Under the pieces are notes generated by a model that saw only the letters and a list, made by a program, of their open reading frames with translations, had not been told where the DNA came from and did not search any database. From Somniosus microcephalus (lineage: Eukaryota), in the NCBI GenBank assembly GCA_052327205.1, contig CM126215.1:54622001-54686000 (forward strand): 64,000 bases of DNA. The letters are read 5' to 3'. The position numbers and the translations under genes were made by a program. Positions 38,166-50,600 of this stretch are shown piece by piece (the first letter of the stretch is position 1; the number at the start of each line of letters is the position of its first letter).

Positions 38166-38429
38166 GTTAGGGTTCGGTACAGGAGTTAAACCATTAATAT
38201 TCTGTAGGTGGTGCTATTGAGGCCAACAGCATGGCTACATTGGTTCAAGAGGCAACAGTGATTGTGTATTCTGGCTCATGGTATTATATTATTGGAACTT
38301 TCAGATCAATTTTTTAAGAAAATCAAAACACTTTTTATTTGACCAATAAGCTATAATCTTCCACTTGTTCATCAGCAAGTATTACAATCATATAAAATTG
38401 TAAGCACATCAGTAAGCCACTGTCCCAGC

Positions 38430-39330
38430 GAAGTGATTCCAGTGTTGCTGCGCAGGAAAGGATTTTTAGCTGGAGCTACTAATCAATAGAAAAATATATT
38501 CTACCACATGGTAGATTCTAGCCACTGAACCTCAAAACTGCAGCCTGCGTATAGTTATTAAACTGTGCACCAGTTACTCTGGATTTATGGCATAGCTGTC
38601 TTATTCTGGTAATCTTAATTACCTTGCACAAAGCAGAAATATCACTGCAGGTAATGTAATGAACACTTCAATCACTAGTCAAGTAATATTCCTATTGAGT
38701 TAGCAGGATAAAGAAAATGCGAAACGTTGAGTGCATATTTTGCAAAGCAACTTGAACTTTCTAAAATTGTTCTTCCATCTACTGTAAACAGATGTCAGTT
38801 AATAACTTCTCTACCAAAATGCAGCTGAACACTGAGTACAGAACTGTAAAAGCCTGTTTGTACTATAATCTACTTGTCACAATCAGGATAAAATATGCAA
38901 AAATAGAAGTGAATGAAGGATAGCCTACCTTCCTTTCAATAACGCAATGGAAGCCTGTACCGTCTCAAGAAAGCTTTCCAAAGTTATCTGATTGCTAAGC
39001 TATATATTTATTTCTTAGAACTAATAAATCAAAGAGAAAAAAAAGAGTCCAATGATTAATGTACTTTTGGACTGTCAAGACCACTGAGGCTGTACCATTT
39101 TGATAATTGGAATCTGACAAAAGCTTGTTTTTAACATGAAAAAACAGAATTTTATTGCTAAGAGAACTGCATTTTTTACATCGGTAAACAGTTCCTATTT
39201 CCACACATTTTGCGATAGGAAAAGACATTTGCTGCCACGAGCAAGATCTCTGCAATGGTAAGGCAGCCAAATGAGCACAACCTTTTTTGATTTGCTAGTA
39301 CTTAGCTACTGGCTACTGTAAAATTACCCC
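38430..39330. promoter_or_regulatory. Candidate long conserved non-coding enhancer in POLA1 last intron
   Basis: About 0.9 kb of repeat-free complex sequence with TAATCTTAATTA and other homeodomain cores, flanked by dense TEs. Its position matches the established Dlx-responsive ultraconserved Arx enhancer in the mammalian Pola1 last intron. Not aligned. Confidence 0.55.
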
Positions 39331-39509
39331 ATTACTGTACCTTTATTGTAATAGCCAATGTTGGAAAACAACACAGGTACAATGGGTTTAAGGTTAAAAT
39401 GTTTAACATTTAATATCACTCATACAGCAACTTAAAGAATATTCACTTTAAACTAGATAGAAGGATAAACTTTCATTTATGTAATCCACGCATTTATCTA
39501 TACTGATGT

Positions 39510-39871
39510 GAGTGCACAAACTAGGCTGACACTACAGTGCAGTACTCAGGAAGTGCTGCACTGTCAGAGGTATCATCTTTTGGATTAGACATTAAACTGA
39601 GGTTTCATTTGCCTGCTTATATACAATACCGTGGAACTTGGGAGTTCTCCCAGTGTCCTGGCCAACATGCCTTCCTCAACCATCACCAACAAAAACAGAT
39701 CATCTGGTCACTCATTTATTCCGCTGTTCTTTGTGGGACCTTGGATATATCTGTTGCTATATCTGCTAATAGAACAGTGACTGCACTTCAAAAATAATCC
39801 ATTAGTTGTTAAATGCTTTAGGAAGTCCTGAAGATGTGAAAGGTGCTACATAAATGCAAGTTTTTTTCTTT
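39510..39871 (+). mobile_element. DeuSINE (SacSINE1-like), older copy lacking its head
   Basis: ctaggctgacact...gtgctgcactgtcagagg...gtcctggccaac...aaggtgctacataaatgcaag. Confidence 0.75.
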
Positions 39872-40035
39872 AGATCCAGGGTCTGTTGTAGCACGCAACC
39901 TGGTTGTTATAAACGGGACCTGAATTTAACCACAGAAGAGTTCAATTAGGTTCAACAATTGGTTTGTAGCTACAGAGTTGGATAGGGAAATTATTAAGGC
40001 CGTCTATGAAGTGCCCCCAAATTCTGGTGCACAAG

Positions 40036-40467
40036 ACTTAGGAACAGGAGTAGGCCATTTAGCCCCTTGAGCCTGTTCCGCCATTCAATTAGATCACAGC
40101 TTATCTGTTTCTCAACTCCACCTACCCGCCCTGGTTCTGGAACCCATAAAATTACCTAACAAAAATCTATCAATCTCAGTTTTGAAATTTTCAACTGACC
40201 TCGCATCAACAGCTTTTTTGGGGGGGGGGGGGGGGGGGGGGGGGAAAGAGTGTTCCAGATTTCCACTCCCCTTTGTGTGAAGAAGTGCTTCCTGACTTCA
40301 CCCCTGAATAGCAAAGGTCTCATTCTAAGGTTATGCCCCTTGTTCTGGACTTCCCCACCATAAGAAATAGTTTCTCTATCTACCCTATCAACTCCTTTGA
40401 TCATCTTCAACACCTCAATTACACCACCCCTAAATTTTTTGATATTCAAGGGAATACAAAGCCTATG
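40036..40467 (-). mobile_element. CR1 3'-end fragment
   Basis: Minus-strand peptide IEVLKMIKGVDRVD...RKHFFTQRGVEIWN; tail aatggcctactcctgttcct. Confidence 0.8.
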
Positions 40468-41112
40468 TACTAAAAGATTGTTAAAAGTGTCAACTTGGAT
40501 CACAACTATAGCCACCACATCCCTCCGAATTAAGTCTTTGGAATCTTGCACATAAGAAAAACTTGTTTTACTGAAGAGCAATTATACGGTTTTATAGTAC
40601 ATGGTTCAATTAGTGAGGGAGACATGCCATATTACAGTAGTGTATTATAGCAGTTACTTTTCTGATCCACCCATCACACAACTCAATCCTAGTGAACAGT
40701 TTTACATTTATGTTCAACAATATTGCACAAAAATTATCTTGCACAGATGGGATACAGAATTTATCCCACACATCATATTACAGAAATATTTTCCTTACAG
40801 CCAACAACAGTTATGAAAAATAACTTTGTTCATGTTCACTACCAATGACTTCAAGCTGTAACCATAGCAATTGTGCCCGTTTAATGGAATCACAAATAAA
40901 GTATGCTTGCGCTACAAAGCTATCACGATGTAATCAGCACCCAAAACCCAGGCTTTCAGAATCTGCCAGTGTCTTCTTGCTTGTCATGACACTACTTAAA
41001 AGCATTTAGCGCAAGACCTCGGCTCCATCATATTGGATCAAAATTAAGTTTATTTAAACGTTTTAATGTTTAATTCTTGCGAATTGTGTACTCGTTCATG
41101 AATAAAAATATT

Positions 41113-41185
41113 GGCTGGAATTTTGCGGCCAGCGGCGAAAGGACGGCGCTCGCCGTTTATTACGCTTACAGCTGCCCACAGACTA
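41113..41185. mobile_element. Terminal fragment of the 28291-29071 MITE family
   Basis: ggctggaattttgcggccagcggcgaa resembles both ends of 28291-29071. Confidence 0.5.
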
Positions 41186-41194
41186 CCTTTCCTT

Positions 41195-42064
41195 TGAGAA
41201 CAATCCCAGCTTCTCTAGTCTCACCTTCAAAGATTTGTGTACATACACCCCTCTTCCTGCACCCGCTTTAAAATTGTACCATTTAGTTTATATTGCCTCT
41301 CCTCATTCTTCCTACCAAAATGAACCACTTCACACTTCCGTGTGTTAAATTTCATCTGCCATGTGTCTGCCCATTTCACCAGTCTGTCTATGTTTTCCTG
41401 AAGTCTGTTACAATCACAGAAATCACAGAGAATCACAGAAACCTCACAGTGCAGATAGAGGCCATTTCGGCCCATCGAGCCTGCACCGACACATATCCCA
41501 CCCGATCCCCGTAACCCCTACACCAACACATATCCCACCCTATCCCCGTAACCCCACGTATTTAATCCCCCTAACACTAAGGGTCAATTTATCATAGCCA
41601 ATCAACCTAACCCGCACATCTTTGGACTGTGGGAGGAAACCGGAGCACCCGGAGGAAACCCACGCAAACACAGGGAGAATGTGCAAACTCCACACAGACA
41701 GTCACCCGAGGCCGGATTCGAACCCGGGTCCCTGGCGCTGTGAGGCAACAGTGCTAACCACTATGCCACCGTGCTGCCTCACTGTTTACTAAATTTCTGG
41801 GTTTTGTGTCATCTACAAACTTTGAAATTATATTCTATATACCCAAGCCCAGGTCGTTAATGTGCATCAAAAAGAGCAGTGGTCCTAATACCGACCCCTG
41901 GGAGTTACCACTGCACATTTCCCTCCAGTCTGAAAAACAACCATTCACCACTACTCTCTGCCCCTTAACCAATTTCGTATTCGCACAGCCACTGCCCCTT
42001 TAATCCCATGGGCTTCAATTTTGCTAGCATTTTTATGATGTGGTAATTTATCAAATGCCTTTTG
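41195..42064 (-). mobile_element. CR1 RT fragment interrupted by an HE1 SINE
   Basis: Minus-strand QKAFDK.PH...PQGSVLGPLLF...LQENIDRLVKWADTWQMKFNTRKCEVVHFGRKN. Confidence 0.8.
41413..41778 (-). mobile_element. HE1-type V-SINE, full length and young
   Basis: Nearly identical to 18713-19094, including the internal acatatcccaccc.atccccgtaacccc duplication. Confidence 0.88.
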
Positions 42065-42065
42065 A

Positions 42066-42300
42066 CACCAGCCTTTCAATTTTGGGAGCTGGGTTCATAC
42101 CCAGCCTGAACCGATAGGATTAACGTCTCCTCCGTCTGTAAGGGCCCGATGTAAAAATGAGTTTTGGCAGTCTTGATGCAGTTCCTAGAGGGCTTCAGCC
42201 TACAGCACAAATGACCTGCTAATTTGGTTTTAGTTGACAATGTCATTCAGACAAGCCCAAGGATTGTTGGTGTGAAGAAATGAAAATAAATGTCACATTG
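42066..42300 (+). mobile_element. LF-SINE-like repeat
   Basis: agcctttca...ctgggttcatacccagcc, atgtaaaaatgagtt...cagttcctagagg and cccaaggattg recall LF-SINE consensus blocks in the same order (recalled from memory, not aligned). Confidence 0.55.
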
Positions 42301-42544
42301 GTGCAGCAGGGGTTGGGGATCCTCTTCTGAGGTTGGGACAAAAATTAAACCTTGTCGTAATGCTATTTTCCTATTGCTCCCAGACCATGCGTGGTACAAA
42401 TAGGAATGAGAGTGCTTTTCACTTATTTTAGTTTCAAGACAGCTGTTGATCTGGAGCACATCTGGTATTTTGTACCTGTGACACAATCTGTCTGCATATT
42501 AGTCATTTATTTGAAGAACAAATACTTTAAAATTAATTTATATT

Positions 42545-43309
42545 GGCCCAGAAATTCGGGTCTCCACGCGTGAGTGCGCACGGGGTACTCACGCGTAGGC
42601 CCAACGAAAGTGCCGGTTTCGTGCATGTACTGAGCATGCGCGGGAAACCGGCACATCCGTTCCCCTGAAAGAAGGGGTTCAGAAGTCGAACGCGTGCGCC
42701 GGAGAGGCAGCGCGTGCGCATCGAACTTACGTTTTTTTTGCAGGTTTCTCCGGGAGGGTAAGTCTCCAGCAGTTACCTTGTTAAAAGCAGGCCTTGCGCC
42801 TGCTTTTTAAAAGTGTAAGTGGTGAATTAATTAAAATTAAAACATTTTTCCACAGGTTTATTATTTTTAAATACTTTGAAGAAAGGTAAGTTTATTTTTA
42901 GCCCCGTTAGAAAATGTAATAAATTTTTTCAAAAATTTAAATTATTGTTTAATAGTTATTTCATGTAATTTATAGTTTATTTTAAAAATGTGATTTAAAT
43001 TTTTTTTTTTTTTTTTGAGGTTTTAATGACGTTTTGGGGCTTATAGTATTTATAGGTTTGACAGCTCTTCCTGTCAAACTTATGAATGAAGCATTCCCTG
43101 CTACCATTGGCTCTCCATGGCCCACGTGATCCCAGGGGACGCATCGAACTAACTGCGCCCCTGAGATACGCAAGCACTGCGCGCCGGCAGTTGGAGGAGG
43201 CCCAGGATCGGAATCCCACACGGGCCCACAGCTCAACAGCTGGCGCGCTAGGTAAGTGCAGGTTGGGGGCTTGCACCCGCGGGAAGCCTCCGACCCGAAT
43301 TTCTGGGCC
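42545..43309. mobile_element. PIF/Harbinger-like MITE, best preserved copy
   Basis: Perfect inverted ends atattGGCCCAGAAATTCGGGTC (42540-42562) / GACCCGAATTTCTGGGCCaatat (43292-43314), 3-nt flanks att/aat. CpG-rich hairpin ends and AT-rich core; no convincing ORF. Confidence 0.82.
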
Positions 43310-45544
43310 AATATTGATTTTTCACTTTGCTTTCATGGAGTTTAATAGTTTCCAAAACTGGTTACCACCAATTTTCTTTCTCTCCCCAACAATCCAATGA
43401 TGTTGTCAGACTATAAACTTGTTCCAATGAGTACGTTTGGTAGTGCAGCTGGAATTTTTTTTTTGTCCTGCATGCCAGCTAATGATACAAGCTGCTGTAA
43501 TGGCTCTCAAACACTTGCACTGTGAAACAGAAACACACAGCGACACCAGTCGAGCAGATATGACAGGAAGGTGATCTGCTGCACAGCTATCTGAAGGAAA
43601 CCTTGCAAGCTGTAATCCAAACTCCAGGCTACTCGGTACGGTGATAGCATTACAGTACTGGAAAAAAATATATATGGGCACTGTAACACATTGAAATCCT
43701 GACCCAAGGTCCTTCAGCAAGGGGAAACACCGCAGTTCCAATTTTGGCACAGTCCAAGCCTCCAAAAGACCTACTGAAATCCAATTCTCCTGACAATGTA
43801 GGGGTAACAGTACACTGCAGCTCTGTGACCCCGAGGTCATACTGCATAATATTTATCAGTCAAGCCATCAGTCAAGGATTTTGTCTCTTTTAAATGAAAC
43901 TTCAACACTCCGCACTGATAGCCATTGACGGAATTCAAGTCGTGTTCACTGAACATTTTAATCCTGGAAGTCTACAGCCCATATTCTGATTGACTCCACC
44001 GGCCGAATATCTTCACACAAGTCCGATTGCTATTTAAACCGCAGTTGCAGAAAATGCTTGAGCGTTTCCTGAAATTCAACTCTACAGCTTTATGAAAATC
44101 CGGGATATTTACAATATTCAGGTGTGAAGGGTTCTAAACAGTTTCGGACTGATGGAAAATACAGAAAGCTACCTTTTAAAAAAATTGTTGTTGATCTCTC
44201 AAAGCTCAACAGTTATGGATTTCAGCACGTATTGATAGAGGAAAGGTTAATTATATTAAAAATACTTATACGTCAGGCAAGGTTAAAGCAATGCCCATTT
44301 AACACACGTACCTGCATCATGCACAGGCTTGACTTATAATTGAAAAATTGCCATTTGGGTGATGTAACAAGGCCGCTTGGAACCAGCAAAAATGTATTTC
44401 AGCAAGGAGTCAACTTCTTCAGGAGATGGTAGAAAATTGGCAAAAAAAAAATGCATGTTTAAATTGGATTCATATTCAGCTTACAGCACACTCAGTAAAG
44501 TTACTGCTGTGTGACAAAAAAACACTGATCTCTGAAATAAACAGTATGTTAGGCAGATATTTTTTTTGTTTTCCCTTTAAAAAACAGGACCCAATTTCTT
44601 TATGGGAATAAAGTCCTTTGGATATACCTCACACTCAGGAAAGCCCATCAAAACCTTAACATGTTTCGAAGTAGAATTGCAGAACCCAGATCCATGCCAC
44701 CCATATCTAGGTTTTATAGCATTGATGCAAGACTCCGACAGCACCCTTCAAACATGCAACAGTGAAGGATTGCATTTATTTTGTCTTTCATGAGCAGCAG
44801 TGCCAAGGATTACATTATTTTACCGATGGCACAAGAGAACCATTACAGGCATCGGGGGCTTGAAGCAAATGAGTTATGTTTTCCACCCATCCAGTCTGTA
44901 TTTTCAGCAGGCCATGCTTCAAAAAATATATATCTATATAAACCACGTAGCAAATACTAAGTCTGTTTTTCGTGCATTTGGCCCTGGTTTCATTCAGTTT
45001 TCTTGGCCACACAGTTTGGTAAGCAGCGTTTCCCTCCCAACATTCTTCCAGAACGCAAGACCTGTTAGCGCTTCAATTTGAAATGTCTCCATCATTTTGA
45101 AATGGTACTTCCCGCCTGTTCATTACGTGGGCTCTGATCAACGATAGACTCAAAAGGTTGTTTGTTCGCCTCTTAACACAAACCCTCGCCAATGAATGAG
45201 TATATGGTAACTGATAATTCATTCCACAACTACTCCTCGTTACAGTTACACTATATATTTTCCCTTCACTATCATCTAGCACCACATCAGGAGACCAGAC
45301 TGCCCAGATAAGGAAACTACTGGGAATGAAAATATGCAACACAATCAGCTTTTCAGGGAAATAAATATAAAGCAACTAGATAGCAAGCAACATCGGCAGG
45401 ATATGTCATATCAGCTTCAATTTTGATTATTTAACATGAAACATTTTGCATGAAAATGTATCTGGAAAATAAAAACAAAAATGACCAGTTCAAAAACATC
45501 TCCACTGAACCAAATAGAAGGTCCTTTACAGTTCCAACCCTCAA

Positions 45545-45760
45545 ATAGAAATACATAGAAGTTGCAACATGGAAGCAGGCTATTCTGCCCAACCAGTCCT
45601 TGTCAGCAGAAAATAGTTCGAATCACATTTACCCACCTTGTTCCCATATCCTTTCAATGCCTTTTCCCTCATCCATCTATCCAATCTGATCTTGAATGAT
45701 GGCATAGTTTCTGCTTCAACCACTAACCCGGGAAGTGAATTCCCTCGTTCTTGACCCCTC
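45545..45760 (-). mobile_element. CR1 3'-end fragment
   Basis: Minus-strand NSLPGLVVEAETMPSFKIRLDRWM..., CR1-type tail. Confidence 0.7.
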
Positions 45761-47433
45761 AACTACCGGAAACAATCTGTTTCTCGCTACCCTGTCATTT
45801 CATTTTTAACGCAGGCGGTCAGTAAAATGAGAGATAGAGAGATCGGGGTAGAAAAAAATGAAAGAGATGGCGAAATAAGCTTTGAAAAGGAAAAAGTAAA
45901 CAATATATGTGGGCTGACTCCGTCTCCAAGACCTGCCCCCTACACAGGTTCCCTGTCCATCTGCTCTTCCTGTTTGGCAAAGACTGACAAAACTAAATGG
46001 GGTTCTACTTGGCCTGACTTGCTATGCTAATTTGTATTCTGGTAACTTCACCATATTTACCCTGTTAGAAGAAACAGTAATCCCACCAGCCTGCTCTTCA
46101 CCAGCAAAGAGGTAGAGGTCAATAATGAAACTAAACCATTCACTGTTGTTACATGCGAGAGCTTCTACGCAGCAAAATTGTCTGGCTACATGAAGACTAT
46201 GAGCTTTTAATATCTTTATCATACAGTTCTCTGAAGATCGCAGTTAAACATAACTTGTCTAGCTTGACTAATCTGTAGTACAAACATACACGTTTTCGCT
46301 GGAGTTCTAACATGTGGAACTCGCAGAGTGCAGCACACTCTTCATGATACAGTATTTGGAAGCTATCCGAAAAAGTTATCGTTTTGAGTGAATTATAAAT
46401 TATTTGTATGGATTCTCGATTAGTAAAAGCACAGTATGTGTTGTATCAGAGATTGTGGTACATGAGATGGTAGGGTTGTTCTACAACAAATTTTCCTTGT
46501 AGACTGAACAGGAGGATGGGAAGTTTGGTGTCATAAACATTAAAAACTTAGTTATGAATTAAGTAAGAGCAATTATATCCAACTCCTCCCATCAGCGCTT
46601 TGCTTCTATGTGACTATCCACTGGTCAGGATGCCAGCATCCAATTGCTTCTACCTGTACTATTAAACCGTGACTCTCTCTTCCCTTCCCCTTCCTCAAAA
46701 ATGAGAAACAAACTTCATTATCTTGTGAAATGGTTAAGGTCCTGAATTATTCTACTGTGCATTTATGTTAATCGACCACTCTGTAAATATACTTGAGGAC
46801 TGTTGCATGACTATAAAGAAAAGAATATCTTTACAATATCAATTGGATATGAATGCATTTCGTACACAAGAATAACACTTATTTTGGCCACAAGTAGATT
46901 AAATATGGATGACTACCCTGAATTACTCAACATAACAATGGTCATCGCAAACACATTTCACAAAGAACAATTTAAATAAAAAAAAGCACACCATTATTAA
47001 GTAGGTGTTTTGTAAATAAAGTTACGAGAGAAAACAGAAAATCTAGCTGAGGTTAAATACTGGCAGACAGGTTCAAAAAATGAATTCCATGAAAAAGCAG
47101 GGCATAATTCTGAGAACCTATTACTACAGACAATTTACTTCAGAAAAAAAATAAAACCAGAATGGTAAATGATTACCAAAAGCAATCATGTCATCACTGA
47201 AAGATGGAATAAAAAAAATCTTTTTTTGTGAAGTGGCTGAATGAGAGCAACTTAAAAGCCACCAAGCCTGTCAGAGGCACATTATTTCTTTTACACCCCG
47301 TCTCCCAATTCATCTCAGCTCCGCTGACTAACCCCAGCTCCCAGCAGGTGGAGCATTTAAAATAAATAGCATTTCCCACAAAACGCTCTCACTGCCCTAT
47401 GACAGACGCTTCCGATTCCTGGCCAGTCACTGT

Positions 47434-47605
47434 NNNNNNNNNNNNNNNNNNNNNNNNNNNNNNNNNNNNNNNNNNNNNNNNNNNNNNNNNNNNNNNNNNN
47501 NNNNNNNNNNNNNNNNNNNNNNNNNNNNNNNNNNNNNNNNNNNNNNNNNNNNNNNNNNNNNNNNNNNNNNNNNNNNNNNNNNNNNNNNNNNNNNNNNNNN
47601 NNNNN
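47434..47605. other. Assembly gap (172 N)
   Basis: Run of N characters. Confidence 1.
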
Positions 47606-50600
47606 AATGTTCTTTGTGCTAGCATAATTGCAGAGAATGAATAATTGATTTGACAATTGTACCAGTGGATTTCAAACAGTTATGTGCACTCTAAGAGCAG
47701 GAAGGGAGGAGAATTGGAATACTCTAAGCAGTGAAGAGGTAGGAGAGCAGCCTGTAAATTGAACATTATGAAGATGCACATAAAAAGACATTTTTTATCT
47801 CGGCAATGCAACTGAGTATAGCATACCAGCAATAATTCCAAACTAAATAGGGAAAACAGATTGTAAATTTTATATTATATATGGTTGAGGGATAATTGAA
47901 CAAAAATGATAATTAAATAATAACTGCTTAAAACCAAAATGTTAAGCAAAGCAGACAGAATTCTTCTCATAGGAACAAGGACCTTTAATTGAGAATACAT
48001 ACCACACCAACATGAATTATATAATGTTCACTTCCTCTTCCCCCACCTGCCCCACCCTCCAACTCACCTTCAATTGGATTGAATAGGATCATCCGATTTA
48101 CCTTAAGGCTGCAAATAAATGGCACTCTAGGCTGGACTGCAAGTGAAGGCTTTTAGCAGCAACATAGCACAGTGCTTATTCTGCCCAAATTTGTGCTTTG
48201 TTGCTCCAAGACACTCCATCCAGTGATCCAATTTAAAACCATCTAAAAGTTGCTTGCTAAAAGTTACAGTACTATATTCATTAACACATATTATAAATAT
48301 TTTGTTTTTTGAGAGTAAAGAATAGTCAGGGTAGCACAACATAATTAGTTCCTCCCCTTTCAAGTCACCTCTGACCATGAATCACCTGCAGCCACCTGCT
48401 CGCAACCTTGGCACCCTGTATGACCCTAAGCCGAGTTTCAGTCCATATTCACTCCACCAGAAAAAACACTTGCTGCCACCTCTGCAATATTGCCCGCCTC
48501 CACCCCAGCTCAGACAGACTTCTCAGTCACCATCCCATGATGGATATGTCCTGTTCCACTTGCAAGATACACCAACCAGAGGTGTCTGTAATGGTACACA
48601 GTCTCGGAGGCGTGGGAAGGTGGCCTGAGAGTCCTCCTGCCTACTGCCCCTGGGATCACTATCTACTACCCACCTTCTCAAATGAAGATTCCGTGCTCCA
48701 TCATGCTGAACACCACTTGAAGGAAGCACAGAGATACACATGGGTAAAGAACGTACTCCGTGTGAGGGATTACAATGTTCACCACCAAGCTTTAAGTTAA
48801 ATATGGCCTATTATTGTGATCTGATACTCAACAGTTCGAAATATCAAATATGTGCAATTCAGGAAGCAGAATGAAAATGCTGAAAACAAATGGAAGTGAC
48901 CTCAATTTTTTTTTAAATGTAGCAATTGTCGGCTGTTGTTGTCTGGACTTTAAAAGTGGCAATTCCTGTAGCGAAAGTCTTGCTAAGCAAAATTCTGCAG
49001 ACCTTGACATATTTTCAATGCAAAGCTTGAAGATTTCAAAATTAACAAATTGCACATAATGTCACTTGGCTCCAGGGAACCCCACAAGCCAGTGTCCTCA
49101 CTGGTAGGGTGGTCCAAGCAGCTTTGGCAGAGGCGGAGGAGAAAAAGCAGGAAAAAGAAATGACTACAGGCGATGTGCAGCCAGGGAGACTACTGCATTA
49201 ATCATTAATTGACAGGACTTTCACTGAACTCTGTGAAAGCGCTATTGCATGTACAGTCCTCTGGTCTTGAGTTGTAAGGGGACATTGATAAGATAAAGGA
49301 AATGGCAGACAAAATACAATGTCAACAATTGTAAGATAGTTTTAGCTGGTTCAATTCTAGCAGTAATTCTGTGCACACTTGGGGTCCCCTAAGCCATGGC
49401 CTAGGATCCCTGGACTTGGAGAACTGACGATTGCCCCTACGGGGAGAGTGACTACTCTCTATTGGGCAAACAGAAATTCTACAGCTGTAGGTTTGTCAGT
49501 AACCTGGTTCAGAGGCTCTTCAGCATGTCAAACAATGTGTCTGACAAAAAGAAACTGCTGTGAAACTAAAGGGAGATGTTACCAAGTATAAGGAATGCTA
49601 ACTACTGACCCTTAGATAAATCCCAGATAATCAGGTTTTTTAAAAAAAAGAATCTATTTGTTGCTTAAACAACATTGTTGACAAGAGTTTCTGAAGAGCT
49701 CTATAGCCACCGCCCACACCTCCCTCATTTCAGCGTAGCAGACATACTGGACTCACATAGGTCAAAGGTAACCCTTTAACATTTTTTCAGTATCTGCCTC
49801 TTATGCCTCAACACACAAAATATTTTGTCCACAATCAGTATGTAGACTCTTTCTACTCTGCAGGGCAGTGCATGGCTTTAAATCATTATCTTCCCCAATT
49901 GCACAGTTGATGTCAAACTCGGCAGGTACGGAACTGCGAATTGTTTCAAACTCATGTCCTGGAAGTAAATGGGCAACGTTCCCATCCAGTCCTCCAACTG
50001 TGTAATTTTTATATCAAAAGACAAGAATTCAACTTCAGATTTTCCAGTAAACCCTAAAGTTCTCATTGCAAACACGTTTATCAATTATTACAGTTACATT
50101 TTACAAACTGCCGGCAGAAACACCCCAAGATGATGGCGTGCCGGTCGGTCTCCTTTATAGAATTTGGGCCAGTAAATGCTCTGTGGGGGGGGGGGGGGGA
50201 AGAAACCTCACTTCTCACCCCCCCCCCTCCACAAGACAACTCTATTCAAACCGAGAAAGCAGAATGCTCTGTTGGAGAATTGTCAATGTTGCGCCATACT
50301 GTGGGGTTAAATAGGCTTTTTGAACAATATTCCTGTCCAGTGAGACGGAACATTTACATTACCTTAAGGTGTTCCCTTTAGCAGGTGGGCCAGGATTCAG
50401 CAAGTCTTGCCCATTGGGAAAGATGCATCAACACTTCCCCCCCCCCCCCAAAAAAGATGCCTTCCGTAAAAAAACAGAATTAACAAGTACCAATTAGCCA
50501 TAACAAAACATCTACAACCGAAGAAATTAAATGTACTAATTTGATCTTTTCAAATGCACCTTCCATCGTATTTACAGTACAGAAACAGGCCATTTGGCCC

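Noticed and set aside
42982-43400. 90-110 aa ORFs in MITE ends (also 34470-34764 and 61748-62227)
   Set aside because: GC-rich non-coding termini; frames are not conserved between copies and show no transposase or Myb motifs.
47357-47656. ORFs spanning the N run
   Set aside because: Artefacts of the assembly gap.
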